This document shows positions 12,301-23,000 of a stretch of 26,899 nucleotides of DNA, piece by piece. The translations under genes were made by a program, and so were the position numbers. Positions within the stretch are counted from its first letter, which is position 1, and the number at the start of each line of letters is the position of its first letter. The stretch covers positions 1 to 26,899 of the forward strand of contig JAQGDQ010001749.1 in assembly GCA_030141605.1 (NCBI GenBank), given 5' to 3'. A model generated the notes under the pieces. That model made no database searches. It saw nothing but the letters and a program-made list of their open reading frames with translations, and was not told the DNA's origin. Source of the stretch: Tubiluchus corallicola. Its lineage: Eukaryota > Animalia > Priapulida.

Positions 12301-15300
12301 CCAGGTATTAGTGCTTGATGTAATGCTGTAGAAAGTGGAGAATCTTATGGTAATCTGATGACATGTCCAATCCGGCTGTCCTCCTCTTGGTTTCCTCCCA
12401 GGTATTAGTGCTTGATGTAATGCTGTAGAAAGTGGAGAATCTTATGGTAATCTGATGACATGTCCAATCCAGCTGTCCTCCTCTTGGTTTCCTCCCAGAT
12501 ATTAGTGCTTGATGTAATGCTGTAGAAAGTGGAGAATCTTATGGTAATCTGATGACATGTCCAATCCAGCTGTCCTCCTCTTGGTTTCCTCCCAGGTATT
12601 AGTGCTTGATGTAATGCTGTAGAAAGTGGAGAATCTTATGGTAATCTGATGACATGTCCAATCCAGCTGTCCTCCTCTTGGTTTCCTCCCAGGTATTAGT
12701 GCTTGATGTAATGCTGTAGAAAGTGGAGAATCTTATGGTAATCTGATGACATGTCCAATCCAGCTGTCCTCCTCTTGGTTTCCTCCCCGGTATTAGTACT
12801 TGATGTAATGCTGTAGAAAGTGGAGAATCTTATGGTAATCTGATGACGTGGCCAATCCAGCTGTCCTCCTCTTGATTTCCTCCCAGATATTAGTGCTTGA
12901 TGTGATGCAGTAGTAAGTGGAGAATCCTGTGGTAATCTGATGACGTGTCCAACCCAGCTGTCCTCCTCTTGGTTTCCTCCCAGATATTAGTGCTTGATGT
13001 AATGCTGTAGTAAGGTGGAGAATCCTGTGGTAATCTGATGACATGTCCAATCCATCTAAGACGACCCTTCTGTATGATATCACTCCATCCCTTCTTCTTT
13101 GTTAAATCATATAAATCCTGATTTGAAATTTTCTTAATACACAATGTTTTATGATTACGATAGAGTAAGACAAACCTTGCACTCGCAAATGTTAAGTGCT
13201 CTCATCACAGCTGATCTGTACTTCTCACTTGGCTCTTTAGACATCATCACGTCACTGAGTTGCTTCAATGTGGCCATCTCTGTTTCCGGAAGCGACAACC
13301 AAAATGGCTTCAGTTTCTCTGACCTAAGGTAGAATAAAATGACATTAACATGCAATTGAATGGCTTCAGCTTCTCTGACCTAAGGTAGAATAAAATGACA
13401 TTAACATGCAATCGAATGGCTTCGAAGTTGTGTGAGCAGTGTCAAAAAATTGTTTTAAGTGTGCTCAGATGAATAGAAGTATGTGTTGCCGATCTTATTA
13501 GATAAAACACACCAAACTGAGGAGTAGAGTACTTCTGGTATTTCAGCAAATTTGTCGACAAGCATGCTTTTAAGCAGCAAAAACTTACACAAACAGATTT
13601 GAGGAGAAAATGAAATCAACCAATATAACAGATATTTTATATCAAACATTTAAGTTTTAACACAATAGGGCTTTCAACAAATGTCATGGCTGTTCTATGA
13701 ACTTGTGTACACGCTACTGTTCAAAATAATAGAGCTCTAAAATAATCTCGTGTTGAAGCTGAAGGTGATCGTATAAATACCCGATCTTCCGGAAAAAACA
13801 CGCTCGCGAGTAAAGAGGTAAAACTGACAGCCATGTTATTACTATCTTCTAAGTGAAAGAGTTAATCAAAAATGAAAAGGGAATGCACAGACTAGTAAAA
13901 ATGTGTCCCTGAAATACCTTGGCCTTTCTGTATAATTTGTAAATAAAAGGTGTCCAGCACTTTGTTACGTCATTGAAACTTCAGAATTTGATCCGTCATT
14001 GAAATTTCAGAGAATGACCTACTTCCTGAGAAAAAATGAATCCGCAGGATAATAGATAAATGACAAAAGCAAAGGTCGGTGCACACTTACTTTAATCCTG
14101 CTAGTATCTCGACAGCACCATTAAAGTTGCCAATAGTCCAACACGTTGTCGCTACTCGAAGAATCAGAGACAAAACTACCTTCCTGTCTTCGTGTTTAGG
14201 CTGTGAAATGATGATATGCGTGATCCAGGAGCTCACCTGCAATGTAGGAGAACGTGCAGCAGTTTCCGGATGCAATAATCATTTGTATCTTACGTATTTT
14301 ATCCCAAATGTAAAGTCGTCTGAATTTGAAGCTGTTGTGAAATTATTACCATAAGAAACAGCTGTCGTGAAGTTTGGGCTTCACGATTCACCCGCAGTAA
14401 AGAAGCCATTGTGAATTAATTTACATATAGCTGTAGGAACTGGTTCGAGAAGTTAGCCTAGTTAAAATAGTGGGAGTTGTTGAGTTGATATGAAACAGAA
14501 AACATGTATATTGCGCTTTCGAAAAAGGAATAAATTTAGCATTATGGCAGAAGGAAAAGTTCTCATTTTTGTTTTACTGTTGTTGCAAAAGTCACCACGA
14601 CAACAGCTTCTGTTACAGAAAAACATCAAAAATTGAAAAAAAATAAAAATTCAGAAATCACCTAATAAAACAAAATACAGTCAACCTGGGTATAAGGTAC
14701 TCGCTTATAAGAGACACTCGCTTATAAGGGAACACCAACACTGGTCCCGATTTTTCGTAAGTTTTCCTATAAAAATCTTCATATATAAGGTACTCGGATA
14801 TAAGGGACTTTCGGTTATAAGGGACGATATCTTCAGGTCCCACGTAATAGCAACCCAGGTAAATTACCTCGCACATAAGGGACCCTATGATTAAAGCGAA
14901 ATTGATCGATTTTTAACTTCAATTTTTCGCAAACTCGGCCTTCGAACAGCTCGGTTTCTGCGGCCACATACATCTCACATCACTGAAGGAGCTTCCTACA
15001 TACCGTTTGCACTGAATGTGTAGCAATAATCCATAAAAATACGGGTAAAAGTACAGGTCTAGGTCTGACTCAGCTTTGGCTATAAGGGACATCAGATATA
15101 AGAGACGGTTTTTTCCGGTCCGGAGGTGTCCCTTATATCCGAGGTTGACTGTAGTAGATTCTATTAGCAAGATAAATTCATTTTATTCTATTCATAATCT
15201 TTTACGTCTTGGTAAAGTACAAGACTGATTCAATGTGCATGCTGAGCTTATTGGCTGCACCAACAGAAGAAATTTTTTAGCCAAAGATATGCTGGCAGAT

Positions 15301-18300
15301 ATCTTTGACATTCCATAAACATTTACTACCTTTTTTAGCACTGCAAAGTAAATACAGTCAGATACATGCTGACATTTGAAAAATCCCAATTCCAAAACTA
15401 AGGATTTTTTCTAAGAAGAGATTTTTAAGCTCGTGCCAAATCACCACTATTTATAATTATACCAAAAATAGTTGTCTCAACTTAGAAGATAGTAAGAAAA
15501 ATTTGGTATCTAAAATGTAAGAAGCTCCTCTAGTTTATTGTCTAACATTCTACGTACCTCGCTAAATCGTTTTAAAAGGTCCTGAACAGTAAAACTGTCC
15601 TTTGGCGTCTTCAACTGCGACAAGTCGCATGTCACGTGGCGCACATAGCACATGGGCGGAACTTTCTGGAATAAGTCGTACTCGACCTCCGTCAGCAGCA
15701 GTGCCACCTCCTCCGGAAAGGGAAGTAGCTTCTGTAGTTTCTCTAACTCTTTCGAGTAAACGGTACCTTGTTCACAAACGGGCTTGATTGAAAGTTGCCT
15801 CTTCGTGATTTCTAGAAAAATGACAATTAATAAATAGAACGAAAAATTCCCGTCTTGTGAAGCCAATTTAACTGCCTAGGAAATGTCTGCTTAATTTTGG
15901 ACTTTTCCTTTTCCATCACATCTTATCCTATCCTATTAAACACAATAAGTATTTGCTTGTTTGCTATCAAATCTGTTTTCTACGAGCAATTTGTAAACTT
16001 GTAAAGTTGTACTCGAAGCTGTGGATATTACATTGATAATCACAACTATTAAAAGAAAACCGGATGATTGTGTAAACATTAGTTCAGAACATTTATCACA
16101 TTCACGTGGCCGACAAATAGAAGGTGGTACCGTGATAACCATGATCATGAACTGCAGTGTTAGTTTCTGACGTCATATGATGTAAAGCCTATTTTCGTGA
16201 CATCACGTGTTTAAACAGTACATTAACGCTGATGCAAATGTGCTTGATGTGCAAGGGAAGATGCCTACCATTGCACAAACTGTGGTTAGTTTCTGACGTA
16301 AGCAATAGCTGTGTTCGGTTGCCGTTAGTTAATCTTCTAAGCTAATTATTCAAATATAAAGAACAATTGTTAACTTTTATAGGCAAGAGAATGTATATTT
16401 TATACAGTAAATTAAAATAAGATTGAGTCTAGACAATCGTACAAAAATTATAGTGTATAAATTATTCTGTAAACAAAAAGAAAGGAACTGTAGAAATCAA
16501 CTAGTTCAGACATTTTAAAATACGCTAGTCATTCTGATCAATGAACCTAGCAAAGAATACTCTATTTTTTTGGCAAATAACAACGTAATTTATTTACATA
16601 TTTCAAATAAATACAAATAAACGCTAAGACGTTGCAAATAATGGAGGTGACAAGAACGTACCCTGTATAACATTTTCCGTGGTGCCGATGATATTGTCGT
16701 CCAAGAATCGACCATCATTGTCCTGCATGATCTCCCACAACACTAGACTGATTTCTTTTAGCGAAAGAATTGAAGGCATGACAAACGACCATTTTGTGCC
16801 GCGAAACTCCAACACTAAGCTGAAAGTTTGTGAATAATGATAATATTTTTATTACTTCCCACCCGTATACACATCTGCAAGGCGCACCTCCATATAGTCT
16901 AAACAAGTGTTGCCTCCTCCACAAATTCTTAGCGAATGTGTTAAAACATTTATCATTTCTCTGTACTGACTATCAGTTTACATCGTAATTATGAAAATTT
17001 AATACTACTAACGCCCACTGTAACTCACACTAACCATTAGCAAAATATTGTAATTTTTCTCGTAACTAATTCTAGTGGCCTAGCATAAGCTAGCTTCTTA
17101 GGTCTCTAGCGCAGAATTCATGAATTGTATCATAATTTTGTATTAACAAAAACTGATTATCGATGCACATGTAATGCATATGTATATGTTTATTGTGAAA
17201 TAAATCTATTGAATTGAATTGAATTGACAGAAAAAAAGAAAGACTGATAGAATGGAAACTTCAAAACTACTGTACACTAATTGCAATGTCATGTAAAGGC
17301 ATTTTAAACAAAAGCAAAACAGGTCATAAGTGCTTACAAAAAAGATTACAAATCAGGGGCTAGCCAGCTTCCGAAGTTGGGGGGGGGGGGGGGTTAGCAA
17401 GCGATTACATAAAGCAATTACACGTTTGTCTATGCAGCAACAGACAGTATCAGAGTGTGACAAGAATATATTATAATAATTAAATTTCGGACAATCTGAT
17501 CCCTTGTTTAATCAGTCTACCTTGACAAATGAGTTGCATAAATGCACGCTCGTTTAAAAACACGGTAGGCAGGTTGGTCAAATAAAGTAATAAGGCAGAT
17601 TGTTGAAAATGAGCCAATTTTGAAAAATGTGATCAGGGGGAACACCCCCCTCCCAGCCTGCTCCCCTATTAGCTACGCCACTGTTCCAAACCTATAATTA
17701 TGCATAACAATGGTGTTTGTTTGGAATATGATAAGCCTGATATGATTCTTCTCAAAAGTTGTTTATCTAATTACCTCTTTCAGGTTATTCAAACACAGTG
17801 AGTTTCCAAAAGGGCAAGTTTCAATGCAAGTTGCTAATCGCACAAATTGATAAAAACAAATTAGCAATCTGAATGCTGCTGATCCGTTATACAGAAGTGC
17901 TACGTGGCATATAATCTAATGGAATAGATGAAGACTGACAATGAAGCCACACCACCAGACTGACAAAGAAGCCACATCACCAGACTGACAATGAAGCCAC
18001 ATCACCAGACTGACAATGAAGCCACACCACCAGACTGACAAAGAAGCCACACCACCAGACTGACAAAGAAGCCACATCACCAGACTGACAATGAAGCCAC
18101 ATCACCAGACTGACAATGAAGCCACACCACCAGACTGACAATGAAGCCACACCACCATGTTTCAAGTGAATCCAAGAGGTGGAGACACTTAGAAGAAACT
18201 AATAAACGACAATAATGATCACAAGTACAAGTACTTAAAGCAAAACCGTACCCAATCCTAAACTGTAAGTGAAAATAACCCATTCTTTAAAATACTGAAA

Positions 18301-19617
18301 GAAGACATCGTTTTTTTAAGAATGACTTACGCAAAAGAATTATTACCACACAAACGTAATTTCGTGTTCCCGCGGGTGGTTCTTCGCTGTTACAAGCCAT
18401 TTGTTAGTTAGATGGGCACTAGCGCCCACATTTCGGAAACGCGCTGCACAAAAACCGGGTGCGGTACCTCCTAGTTCACAGCTATTCAATCATGACGTAC
18501 TACATACGTTTAAGAGCTAATGCATGAGCACAGCGGTAAATTAAAAAATTTCTATTTTTACCTTAAAATTTGCCGAAGTTTTGTATATTGCACTGAATGT
18601 TGTACAGTAGGCACTGTACTTCAATTTTCGCTTTCACAAACACGTGCAACATGTTCATGGAATGTCTGTGCTGTTGAAAATTGTGTTCGTTTGTGACATA
18701 ATCACTAGCTGAATAAGTTCTTAATCTATTATTTAGTTATCAGAAATGCTTCGGCATTAGTATGTGTTAAAATGTATACATTTTGCTGTACTTCAAAACG
18801 GGGTAGACCGTGTGAAAAATCGTCCTGTTTTGCTTTAATGATAGTGCATTTTAGTTACTATAGTTACCCGTCATGTGATCGTCCGCCTCCCGTCCTCCAT
18901 TGCTGCAGATCGGCGGTCGCATGTGATTTAGATAAAGCCCTAGTCTTATTGTCTAATAGCACAATCTTCTGTGGGCCAATACCCAACAATCTAGATACCT
19001 AGAAAAATGATTTTTGTGTCCCAGTTACTGCAAACTTACGTATATGTGAATCAGAACAAGAAAAAAGTGACACAAAGAAGAACAAAGGAAAACAAAGAAG
19101 AAAACGCAAACCTGAAAACGATTAATGACGAGCAATTTGTTAAACCAGATCTCATGCTTTCAAATGTTTTTTGTGCTAATATACGGTTAATTGATATAAA
19201 CATTTATAATTTGTATGTTTTTATGGATTTTCTTAGTTTTGTTTCACGCTTTAACTTAAAAAAATAATAAATAACTCTTAAATAATGTCTATCTCTAGAT
19301 TAATCTTCATGAATGACACTGCTCAAGTTTATAATTTACTGAAGAATTCATGACTTTTTAAACAAATTTTACACATTAATGAATAGTTTTTAAATTGAGA
19401 GGCTTTTTAGGAACATGATAGTAATAATAATAGTAATGATAATGATAATAATAATGATAATGATGATGATAATGATGACGACGACAACGACGATGATAAT
19501 AATAATAGTAATGATAATGATAATGATAATGATGATGATGACGATGACAACGACGATGATAATAATAATAGTACTGATAATGATGATGATGATGATAATG
19601 ATAATAATAATAGTAAA

Positions 19618-19692
<75 letters not shown>

Positions 19693-19946
19693 CAGTTTTC
19701 CACAAACTACTGTTCACTAGCTTTATAAAAATCTTATTGACTTAGAATTTAACTTACATGACCCAGTTGAAAAGTTGGCTTTTCATTATCATATTAATCA
19801 TATTAATCATTATCATATTAATAATAATGATAATGATGATGATAATGATGACGACGACAACGACGATGATAACAATAATAGTACTGATAATGATGATGAT
19901 GATGATGATAATGATGATGATGATGATGACGATGATGATGATGATG

Positions 19947-20011
<65 letters not shown>

Positions 20012-23000
20012 CAGTTTTCCACAAACTACTGTTCACTAGCTTTATAAAAATCTTATTGACTTGGAATTTAACTTACATGACCCAGTTGAAAAGTTGGCTT
20101 AAGCAGCCGAGAAACATTTTCACAAGTTTGTGTGTTTTGAGCAATTGTTAAATGACCAGAAAAATTCAATGACTACAGCTAAAGTGTTACTTTTCGAAAC
20201 TGCTTACTCTGCTATCCTGCTAACCACTGTTTGAATCATTCAAACTGACTTTATTTACTCTTTAATTTAAAGGTCAAGCATGCAGCTGACCATGGAGACC
20301 AGTTCTGTTTAATTGTTGTCTAAGCAAACTGTCGAATTTTATGAAACTTTTCTTGAACTACAGACTTGGACCTTAACATTGAAGAAATGAAACGACATGC
20401 ATAAGAATATTCATATTCAAAATAATAAAAACTTATAAAAAAATGGCAAAATTGAAGATTGAAAGTGTCAAAAAGCACCTCTATTTCAATCAGGAAAAAT
20501 AACTAGACAAAAAAGTAATCGTACAAGCATTACAGGTTCGGGGTGGATCGTGAAAAGGCAGTTTTCGGGCACAGGGGAGCACATTTCCTGGATTTCGGTT
20601 AAAGGTGCAAATTTTGTGATTAAAAAGTAGTAATTAAGTAACTTAAGACTCTTCAAAACATCATTCTTTGTGTAAAACTATTAAATGTCTTTTTATGTAT
20701 GAGGTTGGTTAGTCCTGGTAATCTTTGTGGCTAAAACTGCAGAAGTAGCAAATTCAAATAGGTATTTTTTACTTTATAGACTGATCTCAGTTTCTTGTTC
20801 CCTTGAATATGATAGGTTTAACAGTGACAGACTATTTCTACTTTAAGAATGAGACGAAAATTGTAATACGACATTATGAATTAAGTACAGCATCCTTACA
20901 TAGTGTAGCAATTAGATAATTATAGGTTTTTTTTACTAAAATATGCAAAACGTTCAAGACATTTTACTCAAGGTAAGTTACACGTGTTCAGGAAAAGGCT
21001 TCACGTGGAAAAAATCGGCTAACCAAGTGGGCCAACCCACCCCTGGGCAAGTAATAAAGTCTAAGATGATTCTTAATGACAAAAAACTGGAAACTTCAAC
21101 GATAAATAAAATAAACCCGCAAAAAATAAATGAAAAAACGCAGCGTTTCCAAATTTTTAGTACGGGATTTTTTAATTACGCTGAGTGAATAATGAAGCCA
21201 AACTTGCTTTCCAAGTTTTTAATATTAAATTAGAAAACAAAAACACTCTTACCTTTTTATTTGTTTTTCCCAGTAACTCTTTCACCTGGTAAACCTTGCA
21301 GTTGTGTGCTGGCAGTCGTTTGCACGTCTGAATGTAAAGCTGCTTTAGCAAAAACTCGCTGTCGTACAAAGGCGAATGAAACAGCTTCCTCTTGTGTTCC
21401 TAGGAAAGGTACGAGACATTGGCAACGACGTTAATGGACTGTTTACGACTGCAGCAGCGCATCATCGCTGCGTCGTAAACCGGCGCAAGTTCAGCTTTAC
21501 GGACAAAGTAATGGTCCATTAATGGAAGGTGACAAGCGAGGAGCAGAATGCTTCCCCCCGGCATTCCATACGTCTAAGCTGTTATACCTTGGCATATTGG
21601 CATGCTTAATAAACACACGGTTAAACACATGCTAAATTTATAAACAGGAATGCGCTTAAAATTGAAGACCTTCAATTCATTTACAAAAATTGCAGCATTA
21701 GAACTAAGAACAGTGTGAAATACATTGACTCATTACCGCAAATGCAACTTGAAGTAAAAGAATAAATGAACCAATGTTGTGCAAATGGGCTTAAAATTCC
21801 AGTCCATAAGAGCATGGCACACGTTCAGCTATAGTTAGATTAAAACCCGGCTGAGAATGCCAACAAACTACTGAGGGTATAATGTTTGTTTGTTAACTAT
21901 GATTTGTATTATAATGTAATACGGACTTTGTTCTAAAATAGAAATACGCAATCAGTCAGTCAGTCAGTCAGTCAGTCAGTCAGTCAGTCAGTCAGTCAGT
22001 CAACCAACCAACCAACCAACCTATCAACCAACCAACCAATAAATCAACCAACCAACCAACCAACAACCAATCAATCAACCAACCAACCAACCAACCAACC
22101 AATCAATCAACCAACCAACAACCAATCATCAACCAACCAACAAACCAACCAACCAATCAATCAGCACTTTCGTTCGATTTCGATTCCATTTCTGTTTGGA
22201 AGTGTGTGCCAAAATGTTCTGTAAAATCATGAATGTTATTTAACCGCAAACGTGTGATTACAGTGCAGAGTCCAGCACACTTAGAGACCAAGCTGTTCAG
22301 TAACACAAAGGATAACAATAACTACGTATAAAAGAGAAACCGTGCTATCTTCTTCTAAGGCTAGTAAAATGTGAAATATTATGAATCAGTCAATAACTGC
22401 GATCATATTAAGCTACGACATATGGTCACCGCCATAATGTGATCATGCCGGGGGTGAAGAACATCAGGTTTCCATGTATTTCTGTTCTTTCGTCGTTCTT
22501 TTAATTTCTTTACGTTTTGCTTACGTCTAAATAGTTGTGCACTCTGCAAGACGCAATTTGGTACTCAGTGATGGAGTGTACTTACTGAACATGGATGTGG
22601 CAGGACCAGAACTGGGCAACTTGCTTATGTCTACATAGTTGTGCACTCTGCAAGACGCAATTTGGTACTCAGTGATGGAGTGTACTTACTGAACATGGAT
22701 GTGGCGGGACCAGTACTAGGCAAATTGCTTATGTCTAAATAGTTGTGCACTCTGCAAGACGCAATTTGGTACTCAGTGATGGAGTGTACTTACTGAACAT
22801 GGATGTGGCGGGACCAGTACTGGGCAACTTGCTTATGTCTACATAGTTGTGCACTCTGCAAGACGGAATTTGGTACTCAGTGATGGAGTGTACTTACTGA
22901 ACATGGATGTGGCAGGACCAGTACTAGGCAAATTGCTTATGTCTTCATAGTTGTGCACTCTGAAAGACGGAATCTGGTACTCAGTGATGGAGTGTACTTA

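Noticed and set aside
11400-13000. Strong acceptor-like TCCTCCTCTTGGTTTCCTCCCAG|GT in each 97-bp unit
   Set aside because: It is on the plus strand, antisense to the gene, and is simply the complement of the LINE codons for GRKPRGG.
18360-18476. Helitron-like end (weak hairpin before CTAGT)
   Set aside because: The stem is only about 4-6 bp and I found no matching 5' terminus.
19376-20047. Poly-His/Tyr, poly-Ile/Met and poly-Asp/Asn ORFs
   Set aside because: By-products of triplet microsatellites, with no splice signals linking them to the gene.
22565-22592. Box C/D snoRNA-like motifs (GTGATGG...CTGA) in the 104-bp unit
   Set aside because: Imperfect C box, only about 12 nt between boxes, and antisense to the host transcript.
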